A program made the position numbers and the translations under genes. A DNA stretch of 64,000 nt from Callorhinchus milii (lineage: Eukaryota): contig NW_024704759.1 in NCBI RefSeq assembly GCF_018977255.1, positions 13,516,001-13,580,000 of the forward strand, given 5' to 3'. The notes under the pieces are model-generated. The model saw only the letters and a program-made list of their open reading frames with translations, was not told the DNA's origin and searched no databases. Of the stretch, positions 51,501 through 64,000 are shown piece after piece. The stretch's first letter is position 1; every line of letters starts with the position of its first letter.

Positions 51501-54500
51501 CTAAAGCAGACTGATATGGTTCCACAAATCCTTGCCATGGAATTTGGTTTCATGATTCTAGATCTAAATACGCGACAGACAGGGAGTCACAAAGGACTCC
51601 AAAGTTTGATAGATGTAGGATGACCACTAATCTGTTTGCATTAGAATACACAATTAGAGCCCATCCTCCCGACGTGAAAGGCGCTCTATAAATGTAATTT
51701 TGTTGTTGTTGTTGTTGTAGAGCCAATACGAAAACATGTCCTTCAATCTAAAGTAAACCCAATCATACATACTTTATTGGCCCCAATTTTTTGTATTCAT
51801 TATGTATAATAGCCTGCAGTTTGGCTGCTGTTTCAGACTTTTTCTTCTGAATCCAAAACCTAGCGATGGAAATAGAAACAATAAAAAACACTGGTACAGT
51901 GGTAAAAATCTTCCACTGTATACTCCTTCCCTCCCTCACTTTCACATAAGCTACAATCACTCTTATTTATAAAAATAGATCCTAATGCCCAGACATCGTG
52001 CGGCTGATATTCCTTCTCAATTGTGATTATACAACACTAACAAAGAACCTGGCATTCAAAATCCTCCCATCTCATGAAGGCATTATTCATGCCGAGACAT
52101 GATTCCACATTAAACCAACCATCAGTGTCTCGCCCAAGCAATCGCTCCTCAAGTGTAAGACACAAATACTAGTCTAGGCACAGTGAACCATTAGCTTTTT
52201 ACCTGGTATTTAACATATACCCTCACCACCCCCATACTCATACTCAATTTCAAATCTAGTGGCCCCACCCATACCTTCCTTGGAGTCCTCCATAAAGTAT
52301 TGAGATCCACAGCCAAGCTGACAGTAGTAATAGCAACATGAAAGGTAAGGCAAACAGCAGCCAGGACCCAAAGGTCAATGTGTGAGAGTTTGGGAAAGTT
52401 CTAAAAGGAAATCAAATCACAAACATTAGAATCAGGCTCCAGAGTTGTTTACCATTAACAAGGAAGTAACTTCTAGAAAGNTTTTTTTCTAAAAGTTGGG
52501 AGAGATTTAGATAGGCAGAATGGATTTGGAAGAGAGTTCCAGAGAACAGGCATAGTGGCTAAAGGCTCCGTCACCGCGAGTAGCATGAAGGATTGGGGAG
52601 AGAACCATAGATTAGCCAGGAGAACACAGGGTGCAAACGGGAATGTAGGGTTGGAGAAAGTTGCATCGGTAAGGTGGGTAGAGTTCATGGAGGGATTTGA
52701 CGACCAGGGTAAGGATCGTCAAACTCAACCCTCCAGTTACTGGGAGCCAGCGTCCTGGAATACTTTGTGAGATAGGGATAATGGGTGCGCAGAATCTTTG
52801 TTTTAGATTCTTTTGTTTTAGATATGATTATCAGGGCTCTGAAGAATATTATATGCGAGGAAAATATTATATTATAAATGATCTAGTAACATTGAGAGAA
52901 AAAGGATAGGTGGAGGCAGAGGTAATGCATGCAGCCACCCCCCCCCACCCACCCCCACCATATAGTGACATAAAACATTACCTTTTCACCTGACCATCAA
53001 GGATGAGGTTTGGTACCGACCCTGTTAGAGTGGCAATGCCTCCGATACTGGCAGAGTAGGGAATGGAAAGAAGTATACCCTTCACTATGTGTTTGTTTTC
53101 TTTTCTCACCATTTTTCCAATCGTTTCCTCATCTATTTCCAAACTGAAAATGTAAATGCAAGATTAATCTGGTAACATTTTCCTGATCAGGTCAATGGGT
53201 TTCATCAAAGCAGTCTTTGCTAATGCGTTTAATCGGGAATTTCCTTTGAATCTACACATCTGAGAGGTCAGTCAAACAAATCTTGGAATGTGTTAATATT
53301 TTAGTCATTTATTAAACATGTTTTCCACAGCACTCACTTACTCTGTTAGTATAGTTGAAGAAGAATGGCCAATTATGTCACTATATTCTTTGAAAGCGCA
53401 GAGGAAATAATTATCTGAGGGATCTCAATGATAATGTGTGCAATTGGCTATTGCGTTTTGCCCACAAAATACATAGTCAATTCGCTTTACAGTATATTCT
53501 GTGAAGCGCTTTGAGACGTCTCAAGAACCTGATAAGGAGCTATAGCAAAAGCAAAGATTATTTAACGACAATTGACATTTATATAGCACCTATCTTATTG
53601 GGAGGACATCTTAAACCATTTCATAAAACTGACTGAGGCTTTAGCAAAGGGGTAAAGGTAGCTAAATCAAGTCAGAAAACCGAACGGGCCAAGGTGCTTA
53701 ACTAGTACATGGCTAGGACTATATTTTTCATTAGTTAACTCCCTACTTTTCTTGTGTCTCAGTTTGAGTTGACAAGCGGTCCTTCTGTTGAAATACTGAA
53801 AAACACATCACAAGATCACAAGATTAGTCTGGATGAAGGCAAGAGAGGGAGCGAGGCAAAGGGATTGTGGGATGGAGTTCCAAAGAGTGGGGGCAGAGAG
53901 GCTCAAGCCTGGCCACCGATGGTAGGGCGAGTCGGGTGGGAAACCTGGAGCAGGCCGGAGCGTGCTGAGTGGAGGGAGCTGACAGGTTGATAGAGGGTCA
54001 GCAGGTCGGAGATGTAGTAGGCAACAAGGCTGTGGAGGGCCTTGAAAGTGAGGACAAGGGGATTTTGAATTCTATCCACTGAGGGATGGGGAGCCATTGG
54101 AGCCGGGCAAGGGCGGGGGTGATGGGGTCATGGTGACAAACCAGAGCAGCACGGAAACCCAATTGGAGGGGCTCGTGAAGAGAGTGGTAGGAGAGGAATG
54201 AACGAAGCTGAGAAGCAATGACTCTTTCAAGGACCTTCGAAAGAAAAGATAACAGGCTCTCCAGCCAGCAAAGCTCCTCTGCACAGGATTTGCAATTAGG
54301 TTTTCACGGGTACCTGCATTAATGTGGCTGACTGACATATCCGTTGATTCCTCGTCACCATACAGCGTCTTAAGAATTGCATTGGCTATAGGCATCATGG
54401 TTACTGTTGTGGCAGAATTATTCATCCACATCGACAGAATACTGGTGGTCAACATCAATCCCAAAAGGAGCCTAAAGAACCGGGACCAAGAGCAGGAATA

Positions 54501-55726
54501 AGCAATATTAAGGTATGCTTTCAAACTGCTGTTGTTGGCAAACAACAGAGTATGAGTTTTTTTCTTTAGCCATAATAATCCTTGCATTTGACATAGTGCC
54601 TTATCGCGTCTTCAAGACGTCTCAAAGCACTTCACAGAATATACTGTAAAGTGTATTTTACGGGCGATGGATCTGAATCCACCCCAAAATATAAAATCCT
54701 AATTTCTCTGCACTGGTGGAAACTTGATGGTAATGTTCAGAATATAACTTGGATAGTTCACGTGATCCGTCAGACATTGCCTGCAGTCACTGTCAATTGA
54801 ACTCTTTAGAGCTTGTGCCAATTCCACCCACTCAGGACTACTCATCCAATTATTAAATGTAATTATTAAATTTAAGGTACATAGATGCGGATGTGTAGGG
54901 AGGGGAAGGAGGGTTACGATTACTTCAGGAGGAAGTGACTGTGTCTTCACGGTACAGTACAGTACTTACATAGTTGGTTTAACTCCCACATACATGAGGA
55001 TATGAAGTGCTACTCTACGGTGAAGATTCCAATTCTCCATGGCCACGGCTAATATCACACCACCCATGAAGAGGATGATGGTGTCAGCAAAGTACTGAGG
55101 GCACACCTTGCTGGAGGCCATGATCCCGAATGTAGGGAAGATGACGATGGGGATCAATGAGGTCACTGCAACTGGCAATGCTTCCGTGCACCAGTAGGTG
55201 ACCATCACAAGGAATACGTAGAGACATTTTGCCTGCTAATGATGTGGTGGAGAGAGAGAAAGAGAGATGGAGAGAGGGAAAAAAATACATCTGGTAAAGT
55301 CGTTGAAAATGGCACTTCTCTTACAATCCCATCTCTTGTCACAGCCTAGTTCTTATCACTAAAAGGACAGTAGGATCGTCTTCTAAGTGACAGTAATTGC
55401 ATTTGATACAGCGCCTTATCCCGTCGTGGAGACGTCTCAAAGCGCTTCACAAAATACACTGTAAAGTGAGTCGAGGTTTAGTTTCGTGGGCGAAACGCGG
55501 CAGTCAATTGCGCACAGCAGCGTCCCCACAACAGCGGTGGACTGAGTCACCAAATCATCATCATCATCATCATCATTATTATTATTATTTTAAACGAAAG
55601 AGATTAGATGCTTACCTTCAAAGGAATGCTGTATAAAACTGGTAGAAGTATTAACGGGGTTAGTACCAACACTAATTCACGCTTGAAGCGAATGACCCTT
55701 TTGCTTATCACTTTGATCTTGTCCAT
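48505..55726 (-). CDS. Divergent SLC13 (Na+/dicarboxylate cotransporter family) tandem paralog, SLC13A3-like, 13 exons, ~561 aa
   Basis: Exons 55616-55726, 54970-55235, 54314-54471, 53342-53387, 52982-53143, 52275-52400, 51773-51859, 51114-51218, 50666-50763, 50177-50298, 49362-49523, 48943-49080, 48505-48609, all in phase. Motifs [64 protein letters not shown]. Exons 11 and 12 (162 and 138 nt) equal those of the neighbouring SLC13A3. Exon 4 uses a weaker AAG acceptor. Confidence 0.9.
53825..54170 (-). mobile_element. L2 LINE fragment in an intron of the SLC13 paralog
   Basis: Translation [32 protein letters not shown]. An older L2-like piece lies at ~52480-52760. Confidence 0.8.
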
Positions 55727-56149
55727 TGTGTGCTCGAGTCCGACCACAGCTGTGTGTGTGTATGTGTGTGTGGGAGTGCTGTGCTGTGCTGTGCACCAAC
55801 CAGGCGAGGGTTCTACAGGAGCAGCTACAGGTGAGTCAACACCTGGTTGGCATCAAACACCTGCTCTCCCACCCACTGCCCTCCCCACCCCGTACAGCAC
55901 ACACCACCACCCCACAGCACACACAGACACAGGCACTTCACACCCAAGAGTAAAACACGTGGAGCCGAGAAATGAGCTGGTGATCTGCTGACCCCTCTCT
56001 CTCTCTCTCTCTCTCTGTTGAGTTGCCACCAACATTGGTCACAAAGCGTTTGAGGCGTGAGTCAAGGCTTGTGGTCAGACGTCACCACAACATGTCCCAC
56101 CTTTACGTTACAGCCTTTTACTACAGCTTTTTAATAGTAATATATATAT

Positions 56150-56182
<33 letters not shown>

Positions 56183-59100
56183 CAATGATGTACTCTTCAC
56201 CTGTTATGTTCGACTCTGGTGTTCATGTTCAGTACACACAGCGGTTGGTGTGGAGGTGAGGATATCTGACGAGGATTTACACCTTCCAAATCGTGATGAA
56301 TAATGTTGTTTTCCCAGGGGTGGGGGGGGGGGGGACAACACAGAACTCTCTGAACCTATGGAACCCCCCCCCCCCGTGAGTTCTCTCTGTGTATGTTTTG
56401 TGGTATAGTCATTACAAAGATGATGCTTGAGGATTGAAAACACAGTCATCATGATCTGTGATGGACAGTTGGCCAAGGCTGTGATTACTCCAGTCTCCCC
56501 TTCATTGCCGTTTTACTTTGAACTTCAGGCACAATCTAAACGATTGTCCTATAGTGTTTTTTTGGTACACGAAAAATCCTCTTCCTCTCAATTTAACTTA
56601 CATCCCCACCCCCCCCCCCCCAAACCCCCCCAAAAAATGCATTGGTTTCATAACTGATGCTGGAAAAGTGATCAGTCAGTATCTGCAGACTGTTAAGTCA
56701 ATGTTTGGATTGTAATCAAGGTGGGATTTAACTCCTACGATGCAAAAATGGAAGCACATTCACACTACATAAAAGAATCTGTGTAACATTCCCTATGTCC
56801 AGTGCCACCATGTGGCCTCTCTGTACCTAACCTGTAGATATTTCGTTTGGGCCAACATTACCTGTGTGTACTCCTCTACTGTACATCACAAGACATTCGA
56901 CTGGAACAGTTTCACTCTCATAGAGCTCACTGAGTAGACTAATAAACCTCTGCTGATGAGGGAAAGCTGCAGCCATTAAAGGCACACACTTCAAAATGGG
57001 GAAATTCTACAATTAATAATAATAATAATCCTTGCATTTGATAAGCGTTTTTCACGTCGGGAGGACGTCCCAAAGCGCTTCACAGAACACACTGTAAAGT
57101 GAATTGACTGTATATTGTGGGCGAACGCGGCAGCCAATTGCGCACAGCAATGTCCCACAAACAGTCGTAAATTGAAAATGACCAATTTATTATTGGTTTT
57201 GGTTTTGGAGGGATTATTAGTTATGTTAGGGCCGCAGAATCCCAGGGCACTGCTGACTACACCACAGCCAGCCTGGCAGGGAGTCATCCCACTCAGCTCC
57301 TGTTAACCCTACCAGAGAAAGCCCTAACGGGTAGGGTGGTTGTAGCTGGAACAAGCAGTGGGAAAGCTTACCGGACAGATTGGATCTTTACTCAATTTAA
57401 CATGTAACTGGCAGTGCGAGTGCATATAAGTGTGGACACATAGATTTAGAGAGCTCTACTCAGTGAACGAATAATACAAAGCCATAACTTTGTGGTTGGT
57501 GCTTGTATTGCAACAGGCTATTAAAGCTAACTTATTGACTGCCAGCTGCCACAGTGAAAATGGACTCTATAAAAATACCCAGATTCATGATTTGCAATTC
57601 TCTTACACTTTCATTTTCCTTACAAATGATTGAACTTCTCTTAATCTTTTTAAAAACTTTTTCAAATAAGCATTGCAAAATTGTTTGGATTTAAAGGATC
57701 ACTTGTTCAGGAGCTCTGAGACGCCATCCGGCATGGAGGGGGCTATATAAATCCAAGTTGTTGTTGTCTGTTTAAAAAATAAACACTTCCCTCTGTATAA
57801 TAAAACATTATAAATAGATTGAACTTTGTTTAAAGTTAGTTATTACTGGAATTAACCTTGAAACTTATTTTACTAAGCTCCAGGTAAACAATGATTTCAA
57901 CAACTTTTGCTATTGACATGAATCATAGATGAAATATGTTCCCCAACTTTGTGGTGTGCGGAATTAAAAGAGTCAATATTTATTGAGTAAGTACAATCAA
58001 ATTACTAATTTAAAAATAACCAGAAGTCTTCTCATTACAAGTCTGTGAGAAGCAGTAAGATAGTTCTTTTTGGGGCGGGGGGGGGGGGGGGGGGCTGTCT
58101 ATCTCGGATGTTAATGCAGCACTTGTAGCAACACAAAATAACAGTCGTTTCAAAAGGCTTTTACCTCTTCAATAAAACAAATTCTTCATGTGTCTACTAG
58201 TGCTCAATTAACAGGCGCTTTTCATTGCCAGGAACAATATACCTGTACATAATATTAACAATGTGACTGTTCTTAGGGGAACATTACTCGTGTGCAAATG
58301 ACTTGCTATCACATATTTCAGTAACATCAAGAATTACACCAAGCAGCCTTAACCCCATTAACCACAGAGCCAACAACTATGTGGAGCAGACGACCTCGAG
58401 AGCCTATTTGTACGTGGTTTGCAATAGCTGGGGGGACACTCAACATCTCATGAGATGTCAGGCTAATATTCCCAAATCATGAGGAATTCCTTTGTTTGAT
58501 GTGTTGGGACTGCAATGGAAGGACACTGGTATTCTGCTGATAATTGCAGGAGAAAGGGATTGAAAGTAACGCAGTAATATTAAATTAATTGTTTTTTTTT
58601 AAAAAAGAAGACCGGAGCATTACAGGAAATATCAAATAGACTATAGGAAGGCAGGTGTTATCAAAGCAGTAACTCCTTAATTTCCTTTCTCATCCTCTGA
58701 AGCCATTGAATCATGTTGGGGTTTGGTTCCATTGGCACAGCAGCTCCCCATAGCGCTGCTCATTGCTGAATCTCCGTAGTGAGCGATGGGAGGTTAGTTG
58801 GTGAAAAGGAAAGGAGGGTCAGAGTTGGAGAGTGGAATTTTATAGCCAGACCCAATTATATCTTCATCTGACATATACTGTATTCCGCTTCCAGATCAGA
58901 TACAGGACAAAGCCGGGCTGATGGGACAACTTACTCGTAAACAGAAGAAAGAATGACACCAGACAGATAACTGTGGGATAACTGTCAGAAGGGAGTTTGT
59001 GATGCTGAGGTCCTTGTCTTCTGGTGTTTAACAATAAATGGTAAGTGAAGAGATGAGCTCTTCTGAATCCTGAATTTATTGAAATAATTCATTTTAATAC

Positions 59101-59869
59101 ACTGCCTATGAATACTTCAAGACCTCCAAGCTGATTTACCAATGAATGCCTAATAATGTAAAGCATATTATATCTGTTCACCTTTATTGCTTTCAGTCAG
59201 CAATGTGTCTGTGCTAAAATCAAGGGCTCAGGCACAGTGGAATGGTTTAAGGGTTTATTGACTTGGAGAAACCTTGTTTGTGAGCATATTAATGGAGCAA
59301 GACCAAGGCTGCCTTTGTATTTGCACAGTGATTGTTGCATATCTGAGGCTACCAGCCCCTTGGGACGTCCTCCAGACGTGAAAGGCACTTTACAACTGGA
59401 ATTTTGTATTGTATTGTACCTTCTCTCCCTCTAAGCTCCCTCCCTCCCTCCCCCTCTCTCTCTCACACTCTTCGAACCCCCTGATCTTTTTAACTTAATT
59501 TCATTTTCGAAAGTACAACCTGATAAATACTTCTTACGAATGAGAGTTAAATCAACATTTGAAAATAAAACATGCACACGCACACATCTGAGATATCTTT
59601 AAATCACCTTTGTGGGCTTACCATCACCATAAACATAATTACTATTTAAACAGCACATTTAAACTTTTCAAATAGAATTAAGTTTTGATTCTTCAGGGTG
59701 TATCTCTCGCAGAGACTCTTCCTGCAGAGTCGTGTCAGTCCATGGCATTGGGTCAGGAATCTTTCTTAAGCAGTTTGAGTAGTTCAATGGTGGTGTATCA
59801 ACGATGATGGGAAGGTTTGGAACGAGTTGTGTAACTTGAATGGTGGTCTGGATATCAATACGCTTTATA

Positions 59870-62800
59870 TTACAAAGTCCCATTCAGAGGCATCATAGTC
59901 CCATTCACGACATTCCCACTGTCCAGAGCTACTGTTATGACTTTAGCCCAGTCAGGGTAAGTATTGAGTTGGAACATGTACAGCCCCCATGTGTTCACAG
60001 CAATGAAGAGCACAATGATGCCCATAATGTTCATAACAACTCCAGTCTTCACCTGTAGAGATAATGATAATCTGTTATAATCTGTTATAATAATAATAAT
60101 CCTTGCATTTGATATAGCGCATTATCACATCTTCGAGACATCTCAAAGCGCCTCACAGAATATACTGTAAAGTGAATTGACTGTATTTTATGCATGAAGA
60201 TAATGGGAAAATGAATGAGTAAAAGGGGACTTTAGAAATCACCCACCCACTCAAATTTAGAATGAAAGACAGACCCACCCTTCTATATCCCTGGATAGGG
60301 TCTGAGGATTGGCCTTTGCTGACCTGGAATAAGTTCGGAGGTTTGGGGCTCGAAATAAATTAATAAAAAAATGGGTCGGAAAAAAAAGAATACAACACAT
60401 TAGAGACATGGGCGCTTCAGCCCACTGCCACAGTACTGTTCCTGGTCATAACATAAGGCTAAAGGAGCCTGATGTGAGATGCATTGTATTGGCCCCAACA
60501 ACCAACATAAATAATTTTCCAAACTATCTTCATTCCTTACATGGGAATAACAGACTCAATGATTAAACTCCAGCCAGGTCTTGCTTTTATTTATGGAAAC
60601 TCCTGCTTAACAATAAATCTTATGTTAGCAACGGGACCATAGTCAACTTGTTAATCAGCCTAACCACGGCTCTGATCAAGCCAGTAATCCAGCTAATCTC
60701 CATCAAAAAAGATTGTTTGTGGGTCACTGCTGTGCATAATTGGCTGCCGCGTTTCGCCCACAAAATACACAAATCACTACACTTTACAGTATATTGTGTG
60801 AAATGCTTTGAAACATCTCAATGACATGATAAGGCACTATATCAAATGCAAGGATTATTATTTGTAGTAGTAGTATTAAGACATGATATGAATTTTCAAC
60901 CTCTTGAGTTTTGCTAACTTTAATGGTGATTCGTAGCTCTTTAAAATATTTCTCTCACACATTGCTCTCACCCATGTTAACACGAGTCTGTTAATTGTTC
61001 ATCCACAGCTCAGTCAGTGTAGATATTGTTTACCAGGAGGGTTAAACACATTCATAATTGGCTGCCGCGTACACCTAAAGAATTTCCTCTGACAGCAATG
61101 TTCAATCTATTAACCCATCTTTCTCCACATTGCACAGCTAACCTAACCTATCATGGCCTTACATTTCCTATAGAGAAGTTCTGCATAGAGACCCCATAAA
61201 CGCCAATTCAACCAAGCGGAAACTCTATAATACAACACTAGCCTCACAGGTCCTCATTTCAGTTCAGACCGTCTTCTTTTATTGATTTCCCCAAGATTAA
61301 GTCCAAAGAGCACAGCAATCAAAAAAAAAAGCAATAAAATTGGTCACTTCAATCCACAACTGTTTGTGGGACGCTGCTGTGTGCAATTGGCTGCCGCGTT
61401 TCGTCCACAAATATACAGTCAACTCACTTTACAGTATACTCTGTGAAGCGCTTTGAGACGTTTAGAAGACGTGAAAAAGCGCTGTATCAAATGCAAGGAT
61501 TATTATTATTATTATTAAAGCATTCTCTCCCATGGAATATTTGTTCATGTCAGCCTGCAGCTATCCTTACATCTACCAAAACCGTTTTGAAGGCCCTTGT
61601 GCATGTTGAAAGCAGTTATCTTGTTTGTGGGCAGGTCAATAAATGATAGGTCTAACTGCATGGACTTTTTAGGATGATGTAACAGCATAAAATTACATCA
61701 GATGACCCACTTCTGTAACTAAGTGAAGAAAATTATACTTTTTTGTAAAGTCATTGGTTAAAAATAACACGATATGTATGTGAGGTCAAAGTATCTTTTT
61801 GCAGCACCTTGTGCAGCAAAGCAATCAGGGAAAATGTGCAATCAGGCTTGCCATAAGAAGGAAGAGAAATAGAGGATTAGTCAAATCGTCGCTATTTTTC
61901 AACACCTTTCAGATTACAGGACAGCATTATCAAGAACTGGTTTGTGGGTCTGAGGTTGTCGATTGAGGGGAAAGATCCAAAAACGTTTGTGGTTGCAGTG
62001 CCCTATACTTCCTAGCCAAGTCTGCGTTACCTTCATCCAAAACCCTGCCCTCATGCTTTACCCTCATCCAAAACCAATGCTTTAAAGTAACTTGGATGAA
62101 ACATGTCTAATCCGATCAGCACTGTGGATTTACATTCCAGTTTCTTCTGACTTAATTAAGAATTGTTATTGGCATAAAACTGATTATTTAAATGGAGATT
62201 AGGTCACCAAGAGAAGAATTCCAACTGTTTATTTGCGTCATGTTCCTTTGCTCACTGACCTCTTTCGTGGCCCCTGCACAGTTAGATGAACCCATACAAA
62301 CTAAGCCTAAATGCTTGCCACTACTGTAACAGAAATCAAATCATAAACCAAGCTCATCTTGGAAGTCTTGTGCTGTTCACTCTATTCACGATTTGGACAA
62401 GACTACCTCAATTAGGATAAAATGTGCCAATTAGGGTTAGGATTGTCACAAACTATGAAGATAGGTAGCTAATAAGGGGGTTAATATTTAATAATCCTTG
62501 CATTTGATATAACGCCTTATCATGTTGAGATATCTCAAGGGCGATTCATAGGGATATACTGTAGAGTGGATTGACTGTATTTTATGGACATTCCACTCAC
62601 ATGTCGGTTAGTATATAGTCTTAAGTGGGAGCAAATGTATTCCAGCTCAGGGTTTGTACTAGAAATTCAACGTACCATATCCGTGACCATTAGGTGGCCT
62701 GTAGAAAAGGCGATAGAGTTTGGAGGAGTCGCGACTGGGAGCATGAAGGCAAAAGAGCACCCTACAGTTCCGGGAATCATCAGGTAGAGAGGATTCACCT

Positions 62801-64000
62801 TCAAATGAATGGCCTGTAGACAACAATAAGAGGGAGCAGTTGCATTTCTTATGATGAAAGCTACGCACCCGGTGGATATCAAATACAATTCTATCAGCCA
62901 AAGAAATTCCATACTGCCCTCAGAGGGTGCTATACAAATGTAATTTGTGGTTGTTGGTGACTATCCACTCTACAGACACATAATGCGCTGTGCTCAAGAA
63001 ACTCACCAGTTGGGTAACAATCGGTAGGAATATTATAATTGTAGCAGTGTTGCTGGCAAATTCCGTGAAAAATGCTAGCGTTATGGCAATGACCAGGACA
63101 GCTAGACTTGGCGGCAGGTCCTCAAGTGGATGGAGCTGCTTGCCTATCCAGCGTGACAGCCCTGATTCCTGAAAAGTAAAACATTGCAGGTGTTCAAACA
63201 CTGGGTTAAAGAGTTTAAAACCTGTTCAGACTAACTTAAAATTACTATTGCCGAGGAGCAAGGCCATAGTTCTGCCTTGTTTTCTACCCAATGCAGCAGG
63301 AAAGTGATTTATGCAATGAACCCAGTGGAACAATGTTTTTCTTATAAGGTTGTGGGTTCAAACTCCAAGTCAGGGTTTTGAGTTTATTGTCCATGCAATG
63401 TCATGTGCCAGCAGACAGGGAAAAAAAAGGGAGTTCATAGACTTTCAGGAGAGGAAGAGCTGGACAAGGGATGAAAAATGGAGAAGAAAGATTTAAGGTG
63501 TGTGTTTATGCGGGTGGGGGTAAGCGCAGCTACATTTTTATGGAAACTTACAATTAACTTTCTTTTAGCTACAAAAATACTAAGATTTCAGTAGGGAGTC
63601 ATTGTCATTGTGGAAAAGTCAAAATACTGCAGGTGCTGAAAATCTGAAATAAGAACCAAAGTGGCTGGGAACACTCAGCAGGTCGGGCAGCATCTATGAA
63701 GAGAGGAAAGTGAGTTAACTAATTGAGTTCTGATGAAAGGACATCGACCTGAAAGGTCAACTCACTTTCCTCTCTCCATAGATGCTGCCCGGCCTGCTGA
63801 GTGTTCCCAGCCACCTCTGTTCTTATTGTCATCGTAGACTTAGGTTAATTACATATCAGGATTGAGCTGTCGTCAGTTTTTGAGGCAAACAACAAATAAC
63901 AAATAAAATAATGCATGTACCTCACACCCTTTTGCCATTGCAAAACCTCCTCCTAAAAGCAGGACCACATTCCAGGGTAGGTTTGCTTGAACTTTTTTCC
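59870..64000 (-). CDS. SLC13A3: Na+/dicarboxylate cotransporter NaDC3, last four exons (gene continues beyond the window)
   Basis: Exons 63921->64000, 63007-63168, 62676-62813, 59870-60052. Motifs LPWNVVLLLGGGFAMAKGCE, ESGLSRWIG, FTEFASNTATIIIFLP, HLKVNPLYLMIPGTVGCSFAFMLPVATPPNSIAF, NTWG..FQLNTYPDWA. Candidate AATAAA (-) at 57979-57984. Confidence 0.93.
63620..63827. mobile_element. Palindromic Penelope-derived non-autonomous element (long inverted repeat)
   Basis: Arms 63648-63716 and 63759-63827 are near-perfect reverse complements (GGGAACACTCAGCAGG..GGGCAGCATCTATG / CATAGATGCTGCCC..CCTGCTGAGTGTTCCC) around a hammerhead core. Assignment to the Penelope-like family is from recall. Confidence 0.7.
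63724..63764 (+). ncRNA. Minimal type I hammerhead ribozyme-like motif (Penelope-element type), probably degenerate
   Basis: Stem I TGAGTT (63724-29)/AACTCA (63759-64); core CTGATGA (63730-36); stem II AGG.C/G.CCT (63738-50); GAAA (63751-54); GTC cleavage triplet ending 63758. Confidence 0.6.

Noticed and set aside
56945-56975. CTGATGAGGGAAAG, a possible second hammerhead core
   Set aside because: No room for stem II and no stem I pairing.
2800-62590. Recurrent ~100-170 bp sequence as a CRISPR-like or regulatory array
   Set aside because: Dispersed, in both orientations, with (ATT)n tails: an ordinary SINE family in a eukaryote.

Overview
Vertebrate genomic DNA, most likely a cartilaginous fish (compact introns, Deu-domain SINEs with L2 tails, L2/CR1 fragments; Callorhinchus-like, an inference). 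Gene content is syntenic to human chr20q. I read seven spliced protein-coding genes by hand from GT-AG boundaries and reading-frame phase: GGT7 (-, 15 coding exons, ~661 aa), a short CYLD-family deubiquitinase paralog (+, 13 coding exons, ~679 aa), RAB5IF (-), TP53RK (-), OCSTAMP (-), a strongly divergent SLC13 transporter paralog (-, 13 exons) and the 3' end of a canonical SLC13A3 (-). Most notable points: the SLC13 duplicate has both SNT substrate/Na+ motifs rewritten and a TAG at a conserved Trp codon; the CYLD paralog lacks most of the N-terminal region and has a shortened linkage-specificity loop; GGT7 lacks the autocleavage Thr; a Penelope-type hammerhead ribozyme motif sits in a long hairpin in an SLC13A3 intron; and a duplicated multi-hairpin intronic element in GGT7 shows a compensatory base change. 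Comparisons with human proteins are from memory, not from database searches. Most ORFs in the supplied track are artefacts of simple repeats, gaps or retroelements.
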